Source: Ostrea edulis
Taxonomy: Eukaryota
Assembly (NCBI RefSeq): GCF_947568905.1
Contig: NC_079171.1
Location: forward strand, 68,200,001 to 68,264,000
Direction of reading: 5' to 3'
DNA: 64,000 nt
The notes beneath the pieces are model-generated. The model saw only the letters and a list, made by a program, of their open reading frames with translations, did not search any database and was not told the DNA's origin. The first letter of the stretch is position 1. Each line of letters opens with the position of its first letter. A program made the translations under genes and the position numbers. Below, piece by piece: positions 52,505 through 64,000 of the stretch.

Positions 52505-53100
52505 CAGTAAACAAAATCATTCATAGTGTATGTTAAACAAAATTAATATCAATGTGTAGTAAACATAATCAATTCTAATAAATTGTAAACAAAATTAATC
52601 CTAGTGTAAAACAAACAAAACATATTCTAGTGTATAGTACAGAATCAATCCCAGTTCAAAGTAATGGAAATTAAACCCTACTGTGAAGTCAATAAAATCA
52701 ATCCTACTGTATCCTAAACAAAATCAATATTCGGGTGTAGTGAACATAATCGAATCCGTTATATATTCAACAAAATCAATGCTAGTGTAAAGTAAACAAA
52801 ATCAAACTATATTGTGCAGTAAAAACATTAATCATAATGTATACTAAACAAATGCGTCTGTACAAATTGTATAGCAAACATAAATAATGCATAGTACACG
52901 AAATCAAACCTAGTGCATAGCATACCGAATCAATTTTTGTGTACAATAAACAAAATCAACCCAAGTGTGTTGTAACGGAAATTAATCCCAAAGTGTTGCA
53001 AACATAATCAACTCTAGTGTATTGTTAACAAAATAAATCGCAATGCATCGTAAACAAATCGACACTGGTATGTAGCAAACATATTGAAATATAGTGTGTG
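52505..53100. repeat. Highly degenerate minisatellite, unit about 25 bp (GTAAACAAAATCAATCCTAGTGTA-like)
   Basis: Recurring aaacaaaatcaat...agtgta motif at regular spacing. Confidence 0.7.
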
Positions 53101-54054
53101 GATAACGATATGAACATTGCTGGTCATATTGAATCCAACTTGTCAATGTCGACGGAGTTAATGTTAAATGATGTTTAAGAACAGCACCGGTTATCTATAA
53201 AATATAGCAATTAGAGAGAGTATTGTCTTTATTGAAATGGACATTACTTTCGAAGTTGTTTTATACTTACTACACGTCTACTAAGAGATGCCGTATTTCA
53301 AATCCATTCCCAGAATACAATACGACAGTTTTCGTATGTGTATCTACCACAGGTCCATTCTATCGAAAGTGTTCAAACATTTCGGACATTTAAAGCAAAC
53401 ATCGCAAATCATAGTTTATGCTAAGGTATGTAGTGGAAACTAATGCATTTATTGTATTGTGTATGCTTATAATATCACACTAATAGTCGTAAAAAGTTAC
53501 CATATATTTATTTTGATTCAGATTGTTGAAACTTATGTATAATGTTATTAAATTCAATTGATTGGCCATTAATCTCGCACAAAATTGAGATGTTAGTCTG
53601 TCAATAACAACTTTATCAAATTAGATACACAGATGTGAACCAGATAAAGAAGACTTAGTGGTGTCAACTATGATATATTGACGCCGAATATGTATGAAAA
53701 TAAAAAAAAAACATGTTGATAGATGAACTTTCGTTGATATATCTTATCTTGAGTTAAAGGTCACATAATTTTTTTTTGTAAACTCGTGACCAAATTTCAT
53801 TGAACTACAATCAAATTAGTGGCATGTACAAACACAATAAACCCGCTTATATGATTAAGAGAAAGAGTTTGGACCGAGTGTTACCAATCGACACGATATT
53901 CTTACTCCTCCTAGTCATTTGATCCTACTTCTGGTTTGTTCAAGTCTCCGCGTTTCCCAACTCTATTTTTTTAATACTTTATCGCAGTTATGATTTACAT
54001 CATGATCGTTATTTTCACCTTTCCTTTGTACAATTAAAAATTGTGCAACAAAGA

Positions 54055-54057
<3 letters not shown>

Positions 54058-54101
<44 letters not shown>
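54058..54101. repeat. (TA)n microsatellite; another at about 33807-33841
   Basis: Direct reading. Confidence 0.95.
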
Positions 54102-54103
<2 letters not shown>

Positions 54104-54152
54104 AAATATCAGGAAAAAATAAAGGTTAATATTAAATTCGCTTACTCTTTAG

Positions 54153-54290
54153 GGGACACAAATAACAAATTCAACATAGAACAACACATGTAGCGCTCAG
54201 GAAAACACCAACAATACACATAAGAATGAACCAATTTAAAATAATCCCCATATTCAAAACGTTGTCTAGTGTTGTAAATGTACAATCTAA
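54153..54290 (+). pseudogene. Degenerate two-LRR pseudo-exon
   Basis: Bounded by cttactctttAG and GTAAGT; 138 nt in the same 1+3n+2 phase as the intact exons. One stop (codon 4), otherwise reads ...ALRKTPTIHIRMNQFKIIPIFKTLSSVVNVQS. Its 3' end tctagtgttgtaaatgtacaatctaa|gtaagt aligns to tctggtctggtgaatttacaaactct|gtaagt. Confidence 0.48.
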
Positions 54291-57200
54291 GTAAGTACAA
54301 TTTGAAAATGAATGAAGCCGATGCATTTAATGGCAAAAGATATATTTTCGATGTGTAAATTCAAACCATTACATTTGAAAACAATTTCCATTGAAAATTG
54401 TGATTGTGAGTAAATAAAGAAGTTAGTTGATTTGTTCCTAGCAGTCATACATTCACCAGTCCATGCAGAATGGGGTCATTTGAAAATGGAAGTGCGTGCT
54501 TTGCACGATGAAGTTTCTTTTATTTTAAATTCTGAGTGACCATATACTGACATGTGTTGTATATAACCTAACCTGGTGCAGTTTATGCTTCACATAATCT
54601 GTTTCAGTGATTATAAAGCTTAAACTACACTACTCTAGGTCTATACCGTGTGATATAGGTCATCATTTCTGTAAACAACCATGTACATATGTAGATAATA
54701 TGGTGTTAAAGTACCCGCTACGCTATTCTCGAAAAGATAAACGATAGAACACGATACACGCACGATACGTTAAGATACACGTGGGATACGATAGGCTACA
54801 CACACCATACGATGTGATAAACGAAAAAAAAAAACCTGATAAACGCAAATACGATAAGCGCTCTTCATGATATATACAAATTGTGATAAACGAACATCAC
54901 GATGGATCTGATCAACGCAAAATGCGATAAAAGCGCTTCACCATAAATGCAAAACGCGATCAATGATCTTCACGATAAACGGAAAATCTGATATATATGT
55001 TGTAAATTTAGAAATAATTTAGACAGAACGAAATGTTGGGAGCTAGAAGATTATGTCGATATTAATTGAAATATATCAATATTCACTATTAACTAGACAG
55101 GTATATAAAAGAATCAAATTGAAAGGCAATACTGTATTTGCACAAATAATTATCATATTTTTTGTTTTGAACTTGCTGATATAAATGATGCATTTTATTC
55201 AATAATCAACATGTGCTTATTCTGTTCAACATAAACCTTTTGCTATCAGTAAAAGACAATTCTTGCCAGTAGAAATCCTGTAAGTTTGAAACTCCTTCAT
55301 TAACCAGAAGGCAAATTGATATTTGATTTGTTCACTCATCTACTAGATGAAGACCTGCGCATGCGCAGACAATTGAAATAGAGCTGTTGAGTTTTGGGTT
55401 TTTGAGGATTTACACACAAATTTTTCAACTTCAAACAAACATTAATACATCAACTACTAATAAAACGTATACTAAATTGAAAACTGGAGCACCCATCCCT
55501 TTTAGTAATGAAAACAATGATACTTTGAATTCTGTTGACTGACAAATGTAGATGTTGAAATCGGGTGGTGTATGATTAAGCCTTTACTAGTTTTGCTAAA
55601 TATACATTAATCAACGACTATTCACGTTCCTCGCTTTATTTACCCCATTTCAGTTCGTACGTTAATCTACGAAACTAATTCGTGTCCTCCTTCTCATTTG
55701 TTTCACCGCAGCAGTGGCCAATAGCTTAGATCATTTGCCTGACATGCGAATCTCATCCGCGACAGACCCAAGTCGTTAAAACAGGTAGTAAGAATTCCAT
55801 CGCCAAGCACTCGACATTAAGGATGGTTGCCACAGGTCCTCTAAAACGACCTTAAAAACAGATAATCCCTACCACGGTAGATACAGTACACTGTTCAATG
55901 ACCGTAAGCGCCGAGCAAAGGCCTACATTTGAAGTCCTTCATCGGTCTAGGTTACGACTCTATATGAGTGAACAATTCTCGAGATAAACGTTAAACAGAT
56001 AAAATCAATCGATAAATCTCCTTTACTTCCGATACCTGTATGCGGTCAATTGGTGCCCAATCGGCGGATCTTTATAGGTAAGGTGTTACAACCCCACCCA
56101 TTTGTTTGATTGAAATAGATCAATGCTAAACAATCACCTCTATAGCGTAGCAATAAGATCCATTTATATTTACATACTTCGTCTCTCTCTCTGTACAATA
56201 TTCCTAAAATTGTTATAAAACCTGATTTATATACCAAAAACAAAACAAAACAAAATTTGAAAATTACATTCTATACTTATGTTGAAATTCCTTTCAAATG
56301 ATTGAAAGAATGATATCATTGTTGATAAGGTTATGTAATTACAATTGACTATTTGTAATCTGTCCAATCAAATAAAACAGCATAGATATTTCTTGACCCA
56401 CGCTACTATTTTTTTTTTCAAACTTTTCATTTGAAATCAGGAAACTATAAAATATATGGACCTGAATAAATACTACAACATAACATCAATATAATGCATA
56501 GTGACATACACTGTGCTTGATATCCTGCCCCAGTGGCTCTTTTCTTTTAATGTCTATCATTTGGTAATGCAAGTTAGTTTTGGCTGAAATTTTACCAGAC
56601 CCCAATATCATTTAAACAATTAAGCTTTCCTGGAATGCGAAATTGAACCAAATAATATTTTGTGTAGCAATGGGGTGTATTTTGCATCAAGCAATAAGTT
56701 CACCACAGATTCAACAATTGCAACTACATGTACTGACTGTTAAAAAAACAACTACACGAGATGATATTTCTATACGTTAGATATCCCCTACACTATGAAT
56801 GCTAGTTGGTACTCAAAAGTAATTTGAACATGTTCAAATCCATATCTTAATAGCGTCAAATAAAACGAATAAATATAAATAAAAGACGACTTGTTTTATT
56901 AGCACTTTTGAAACGGTTCAAACATGTTTGTGCATACTGTGTATACTCTAAAAATCCTTTACCAAATATAGAGTAACATCAAGGTGAAAGGGTACACTGG
57001 CTAATCCATTTACGTAACAAACATGTCAACCATAGGGTAATTTGGATAATAGGTGAAGATAACGGACATTGATCAAGCTCATAAACAAATGATACGTGGA
57101 AACATGAACAAATAAAATGTACTCGTGTCTTGTTTCATCGGGGAATGAAGGTATGTATCATTGCAGAAAAAAGGCATAACCCAGTATACAGGTTATACAT

Positions 57201-58689
57201 TTTTTCTGCAAATTATTTTCTTGTTTATTTAACAGTGAAACTAATTTTGAAATGAAAGAAGCTGACCAAGTTAAAGGGAATCGATAGGTTTCTGATATAC
57301 GAATAAAAGTCATTGTTCTTTAAACATTTTCCATTCATAGTGGTCAAAGTAGATATAGAAAACTTAGTAGATGGTCCATGCAAATGCAAGTTTACATTTT
57401 ACAACTTGGTAGCATTTAATTAAGTTTCATCCGTGTGGTACAGTTTTCCGTCGTAGATAATATGACAAGTGTAAAATTTCGAAGTAGGTAAAATTGCCTT
57501 AGTCAAACAGAGAAGTTTCAGATTTTTTCAGGTAGTTTCGGTGTTTAGGTTACCTATTACACACAGGTGAGAACATCTGTTATTGTTCTTCGTGAGTCGT
57601 CCGTCGTTCACTAACATCGGACTAGTTTTAACTCTTGGTAACTAATTTCAAAGTATTTTAAAAATATATATGAAGGACCTTTGGAAGAGGCGCGCACAAA
57701 ATGAAAATACAAGGACAGCTGCACTCCCAAATATTTAAGAGCGGGAAAAATGTCCATTCTTTAAAAATAGTCGCCTCTACAACCATACATATGTAAGGAA
57801 AAATAATCCATATATAGCAGGGAGGTTATCCACCAAAATTGTAAATTCATGCTCCTCTCGGTAGATGTTAGACTTCAGGGCTGATGCAAATTTAGTATGT
57901 AATGTTTTTAACCAAATATTTATCTATTATGTTCTACAATGCTCTTGATACTAAAGTGAGATTAATTGTATAATTAGAATAAATATATCATAGGGAGTAA
58001 ACTTTTGGTCCCATGATGCTGCCGAAATCCTTACAGGAGTTTCTGTTTTTATTCCTGGAGTCACCCATTTAAGCTTCCTCATGCAAATTAATAATAAATA
58101 TATTTAGGAAGATGTCAAAATTATTAATTTCGCAGCTGCATAATATGACAGGTCAAATAAGTCATATCGTATCAATGTATAGAGCTCAGGCGGGTGTGAT
58201 CTGTTGACAAGGGATGCTTACTCCTCCTAGGCACCCGATCCCACCGTGTTTGCCCAACCCTCTATTTGCATTGCTTATACGAGTTATGGGATTGGTCATT
58301 GTTTATTATTTTCACCTTTCATTGTTATAATGCTCTACAGGTTATATTTTGTTTCATCGAATGCTACACTCTCAATGTTTTGCAAAACCCTTATATTTGC
58401 TTCTGAAGAAAAAAATTGTACCAATACATATATCAGAAGTAGTGTAAATCAATCGTGAGTATTAACCTATTCTAAAAAACCTTTAATAAATTTGAAATCA
58501 CAAAGCTAGTCTCTAATCAACAACATCAAGAAGTATAGTTTTTCTAGGTCTCGTGGACACTTATTGTCTAGATTGTTTTGGCACCAGAGACAGCTGCCCC
58601 TTCAATAAAAATGGCAAAGGGAACCATTTGCACCAAGTGATCAGTCATTTAATAATCACTTTACTGAACACCACTCTGATTTTACAAAC

Positions 58690-59140
58690 ACGTGGTATGT
58701 TGTTGATGTGAAGAAGAAGCTGGGGTTCCCCATTGACAATGTATTCGTAGTATTTGGTAATCAGGTCTTTCAACATTCTCTTGTATTTTCCACGGTGTGA
58801 ATTGTGCTCCTGTATTAGGTTGGTATTCTGAAGAGAAAAATATGCAATTAATTAACTCGTACATGGAACATATATGTTGTTATTGTCGTAATCTTAACAT
58901 TTAAATATATCGAGGACGTTTTATTCATAAGCACTAGTTATTTTCGTTTATATTTCGATTCTATAAATCCCAGTGATCTCCATTTTTGGGTCACTGTTAA
59001 ATATTTTAATTAACATAACTGTTGATGGCAATTAAAATGTCACTCATCATTATGACAAACGGGAAAAATGTTTCTCCATCGTGAACTTCCGATATGTATG
59101 TACTAACACTCTACCATCACCTGCATAAAGCGTTCATTTA
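58690..59140 (+). mobile_element. Penelope-like element RT core fragment
   Basis: Reads IDNVFVVFGNQVFQH...NCAP, TFKYIEDVL (YIDD-like, about 58905) and YDKREKCFSIVNF..SPA, which are PLE-type RT motifs; decayed. Confidence 0.75.
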
Positions 59141-60651
59141 TTAATTATGAACTTAACAAACATGGTTCAGTTGCATAACTGTATAACTTGTTCGGCGTAT
59201 AATCAGGCTTTTTTAAAATCTTTTATTTAATGCAATATCAACAAATATATAAATCATTCATCAACACTATTCCCTTACAGCAACAGCGTTCTACATATTC
59301 AAATATATTTTATACTTTAATGAATTTGTAGTGGATTATATAACACAATTTCATGCTAAAGGAGGAACAAGATGTTTTATATCAATTTTATTTTCAACAT
59401 AGATGTATTTTAAAGGGTATACAATAAAGTTTACAATAATTAGATTGAATTTTCAAGTCATACAAAGCTAGTGTTTACCACATCAAAGGCTACCTCCGTT
59501 TACCTGTAAGACACACTACCACATACATTAAAAGTCAAATTGCCTCCAGGTAAACAAAATGCGAAGGAACCGACCCCCACCCTTACCGGGCCTCTCATAT
59601 ACAAACTTTCTTCAATATATTTTAAATACATATATTTGAATACGATTGTTCTACAATGTATCGATATGTATTTAAAGCCCATTTCACTAAGATATATCAA
59701 TTTTCACTGTTACAAGAGGTTTCAGTTCGTCTACAATTAATTTTATATTGATAAATCTTGAGTACAAAAAAAATAAAAATATTAAGAACCTCTGATAGAT
59801 TTGTTTCATTATTAAAGCCTATGGCGATATGTTTCCAATAAATATCATTATTTAGTACATTGTTAATCCTTTTCCATATTCTTTTAGACGTTATGTAGGC
59901 ATATATAAGATGTGCTATGCTTTCAATTTCACCACGGTTTTCACAATATTTTTGTATATTTGAATTTCATTTGCTAACATTCAAATTACAATTGACAAGT
60001 TTATGTAACAATTGATAGTTAAACTCTGACATTTGTTTTTCTGAAAAATTTTCGACTTTTAGTAGGTCAATTGTCTTTCATAAATGTTTTTGAAATGTCA
60101 AACTTTTCCGTCCAAAAGGTTTCTGTGATTGGCTTAATAAATTTGTTATCAACTAATATGTTATATCAGAAAGATGCTTTACTATTCAATATATTTAAAA
60201 AAAGTTATCTTTTTTAAATAATACATGCATGGAAGGTAAAAATAACGAACAGTGGTCAATCTCACAACTCCTACAAGCAATACAAAATATATAGTTGAGC
60301 AAACACGGCCCTCATGGACACACCAGAGGTGGGATCAGGTGCGTAAGAGGAGTAAGCATTCCTGCCGAACGGTTGTCTGTAATATTAATATAGGGAGTTT
60401 CTTTGCAGTCAAACATACCGGTAAAACGATTGAACATTGTTTTTGAAATATAGTATTCACAGATAATATTGTTTCTATGGGATATTGGATCTTGAAAATA
60501 TCTAAAACTCCTAAATACACCTTTATTATCATATAAGTATTTGGTGTATAGAACTCCTGACTTGTCCCAATTGGGAAAATAAATTGGATGCTTTTTGAAC
60601 TGAAATACGTTACCTTTCTAAATTGGTAAATATAAGGATTCTTCTGAAGTA

Positions 60652-62446
60652 CAGACTGTGGACAAAAGTATTCGCACGATCGCGTCATTTTTCAAACGTG
60701 TTTATCGAGTATCATGCACTGCGGGTTATCTCTCTTTGCATAGAATCGAGGTAAGCTGCTGAAAAACAAGTTGATGGTACAGGGATTTCAACAGTCTCGA
60801 TTGAAGTCAGCATTTCGCAAATTATATGGTCGTTATAACGATCTACTTCGTCAGTACAACATCGCATTGGGTCAAATGCTGTTTGACGTGTTTCGTACCG
60901 ATTGTTAAGCCGTTCTTGGCATACTGATTTTGACTGCGGATAACTTCGTTTACCTGATCAGGATATAAGGCACACGGCGGGTGTGACCGGTCAACAGGGG
61001 ATGCTTACTCCTCCTCGGCACCTGATCCCACCTCTGGTGTGTCCAGGGGTCCGTGTTTGCCCAACTATCTATTTTGTAATGCTTATAGGAGTTATAAGAT
61101 TGATCACTGTTCGTTATCTCCACCTTACATACATGAGTTATCCTTTCACCGATGATGTATTTAAAATAATGAAGTTCAATTATGTGACGTAATGATGTTT
61201 GTGTTCGTCTGCAACTATGTTTATACATGCACGGTAGTGATTAGAAAACATGGGTTGTAAACATCGGAACTGGATATAGGCTCATGAGAAAACATCGTAG
61301 CATTAGTTCAGGGCTGTAAAAGTTCCGGGGAAGTTGTAAAATTATTATGAATGCCTATATCAACTGTGTATGGAGCTTGGGATAAGTTTCGAGTGTAAGG
61401 TACAACAAAAAATTAACAAAGAAAAGGACGAAGAATAATATTGAGTGCAGGTGCACAACGCAGACTTGCTAGATAGACACTGTTGGATAGAAAAAGACCA
61501 CTGCCGGACATTACAAAAATGTAATGGAAATAGCAATGCAAATATTTCAAAGAAAACTTTTTGGCGATGCTTAAGACAGAAATGGATACTAAATATGTAT
61601 TTGTATCAAGAAAATACGGTCCAAGTTAACAATCGTATAAAACGTGCGTAATGGTGTGCGGGTAAAATAAACTGGGCCGTGATATATGAAATGAAAATGG
61701 TAATTTCTTCTGGCATGTGCCAGATTGTCTTTGGAAAATACGGTCGAGTATATATATGGAGAAGAAGTGATTTAAATATTGACTGTTGGACTGTATTTTC
61801 CCTCGAAACTGGTAAAATATTTAGGGATGCATTACGTGTCATGGCGTTATCACTCTTTGCAGAGTCAATACATATAGCAACATGAATAACTCTGAACAAT
61901 ACGTAGATAAGGTGTGGCCTGTATAGCAGAACTATTTCAAGACTACAATTATCTGTTGATGGATGACCATACACCTGTTCTTTGATCTTGTCTTTCAACC
62001 AATTACAAAACTGACAAACAAATTACAGAACTGAAGTGGCTCACACAATCACCTGATTTATGCCCCGTAGAAAACATATTGCTGGTAATTAAAAGAAAAC
62101 TTCATATCGCATTCGTACATTAAATTCTGGTGATGAACTGTATCACAAAATTCTGGAAATCTGGACTTCATTTACAGTAAATTATACAAAATATCCATGC
62201 ACCCTTCCACAACGAGTGCGCCAAGTTCAAAGGGTCCGAGAGTATATCACGAAAGTATTAAGGTACTTCGCCTTCTTTTATTTTATTGATTATTGATAGA
62301 AACAAATTGTTTATTTACAATATCTTTGCATTTACAAGTTATTTGTCCTGTTCAGACACTCCAAAAATATGTTTGTTTACCGTCAAACGTTTTTGATAAA
62401 TAAAACGGGCGTCATCGCCCGTGCAAATACTTTTGTCCACAGTCTG
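60652..62446 (+). mobile_element. Tc1-family DNA transposon fossil with intact 27-bp TIRs and TA TSD
   Basis: Left TIR cagactgtggacaaaagtattcgcacg (60652-60678); right TIR at 62420-62446 is its reverse complement with 1 mismatch; TA at 60650-60651 and 62447-62448. Decayed transposase: ENIVALVQGCKSSGEVVKLL*MPISTVYG..., NISKKTFWRCLRQ, VISSG..GRVYIWRR, MDDHTPV. Confidence 0.92.
60740..61130 (+). mobile_element. Penelope-like 3' fragment nested inside the Tc1 element
   Basis: NRGKLLKNKLMVQGFQQSRLKSAFRKLYGRYND...VFRTDC* plus UTR. Confidence 0.85.
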
Positions 62447-62876
62447 TAGTTATAGAGATATCTTTATTTATTTTGGTTTTGTTAAAAGCGGAAATTACTT
62501 CTGTATAGAACAACGTCAGAAATTAATATCTTTATATTCTTTTACATCTCTTAAGTTTGTTTCAATTATATACCTCTTTTTGAGATTTATGTTCAAGAAA
62601 TGTTTAGAAACTGGATGTAGTACTTTACAGACGTGTAATCTAAGACGCTTTTAATGAGAAAAAAATGAAATGAAAATAAAAAAAATATTGATCCCAAACT
62701 TCATTTCCTTTCCAATAAGTGTATTTCTTTTGATTCTTTCCCCTGTATTACATAGGACATTAAATATCTTTTTGTTGAGTTGCTTAATTATTTCATCAGG
62801 GAAATTGAGAATGATCGACGCATTACATTGCACTTTAGAAATGAGATTGTTGATTATCTCTTGTTTGCCAACAATT

Positions 62877-63114
62877 GTTAAAAATCTTTCTCCCCAGTAA
62901 TCGAGTATGCTGATAATTTGATGAATTGTTAAATGTCGTTCTCCCCAATTATCGGATATGCTGATAATTTGTTGAATTGTTAAATTTCTTTCTCCCTAGT
63001 TATCGAGTATGCTGATAATTTGATGAATTGTTAAATTTATGTGTCCCCAGTTATCGAGTATGCTGATAATTTGATGAATTGTTACATTTCTGTCTCCCCA
63101 GTTATGGAGTATCT
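62877..63114. repeat. 51-bp minisatellite, about 4.7 copies, derived from LINE RT sequence
   Basis: Units start at 62877, 62928, 62979, 63030 and 63081; a single-copy progenitor is seen at about 2672-2722 and 11035-11085. Confidence 0.92.
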
Positions 63115-64000
63115 AAGAAAATTCTCTGTATAATACCCGATTTACCTAATACAACAATACATATCTAGATTTGTAAAATAAAAGATTCGAATTTTTATCA
63201 CACACACAACAAGTACAATCGTATCAAGGTGAATTTTATGAATATCTAGTCAGTTTAAAATAAACACACTATCCGTGACAATGATACTGTACAATTTCTG
63301 AAGATGTCGTCGATGGAAGATTCGCAGTATGTTGTTTCCATGCATCTTAAACAGAAATGTGAATCGGAAATACATCATAGGCCTTTACATGTTCCAGGGT
63401 GATTTTAACGGCTACGTTTATAATATAGAGGCTATTGCAGATACGATTGAGTGAGTTGGTGTGACCTGAATTTTTAGTAGGCGAATTCAATTGTTCTCGG
63501 TCGGTGTAAAATGGAACACCTCTATCATAGGAATATTGATACTTTTTTTTCACAATTAAAACGTACACGGTACCAATTTCGATGCACCAAATGCGCATTT
63601 TGACAAATAATGTCTCTTGGGTGATATATTCGATACAACTTGTGTTCTTCAAATTGATTTCAATTCTTTTTTTTTTTTCGAATGACCAACAATTGGAAAC
63701 CAATACTATTAATTTCAAATGAGTATGTTACTCCTTAGTCGAACTGAGAATCATGACAAAGTTAAGATACATATGTAACAATATTAGTCAATCTCATCTT
63801 CATCATGAAAGGTGAAGATAGCGAATAATGATCAACCTCATCAATCATATAAGTAATATAAAATAACGAGTTTGGCAAACACGGACCCCTGGGCACACTG
63901 TAGGTGGGAACATGTACAAAGGAAGAGTAAGTGTCTCCTGTCGAACGGCCACACCCACCATGAGCTCTATATTACGAACAGGTAAACGGAATTATCCGTA
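63115..64000. repeat. Start of a third module copy (post-exon intron), lacking the LRR exon
   Basis: aagaaaattctctgtataatacccg... aligns to 42016 onward and to about 24250-24470. Confidence 0.85.

Larger units (their letters stand above)
21575..56235. repeat. Two tandem copies of an approximately 17-18-kb module (21575-38730 and 38730-56235) with copy-specific insertions
   Basis: Colinear blocks: 21575-22830/40100-40850, 23515-24480/40845-42250, 24980-26250/43170-44480, 26830-29290/44490-46830, 29690-30806/53210-54330, 36312-38680/54331-56235. LRR exon offset 17771 bp. Confidence 0.9.
59700..63114 (-). mobile_element. Third copy of the Tx1/L1 fossil block, interrupted by a Penelope-like fragment and a Tc1 element
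   Basis: 59850-60230 aligns to 1081-1450; 62580-62880 aligns to 2370-2680 (ORF 62651-62833). Confidence 0.78.

Noticed and set aside
62877-63114. CRISPR-like array or coding repeat
   Set aside because: Contiguous units without unique spacers, derived from a dead LINE, in eukaryotic DNA.

Overview
AT-rich eukaryotic genomic DNA, most likely from an oyster-type bivalve. That assignment is inferred from the repeat families (Meta/MESC-type SINEs, an abundant Penelope-like retroelement, Helentron/HINE-type satellite elements) and is not proven. There is no long ORF, no true tRNA or rRNA gene and no CRISPR. The only intact coding sequence I can support is two 72-nt, same-phase leucine-rich-repeat (LRR) exons on the + strand (24131-24202 and 41902-41973). 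Each sits in one copy of a tandemly duplicated module of about 18 kb. Each module also carries a dead two-LRR pseudo-exon (+), a decayed atlastin/GBP-like ORF (-) and a decayed possible 7TM-receptor ORF (-). A third module starts at about 63115 but lacks its LRR exon at a rearrangement junction. The rest is nested duplications (1.6 kb, 8.4/6.5 kb, 1.3 kb) and transposon fossils (Tx1/L1 LINE, more than 30 Penelope-like fragments, SINEs, Tc1 with intact TIRs, mariner pieces, a 5.5-kb insertion). Several insertions can be verified against paralogous empty sites inside the window. Nearly all ORFs in the supplied track are repeat-derived or chance. Best leads: (1) an LRR exon birth-and-death array whose amino-acid changes concentrate on the concave-face positions; (2) a SINE subfamily whose head is a pseudoknot plus hairpin rather than a tRNA. 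Boundaries of decayed elements are approximate and family assignments of decayed ORFs come from motif recall, not database searches.
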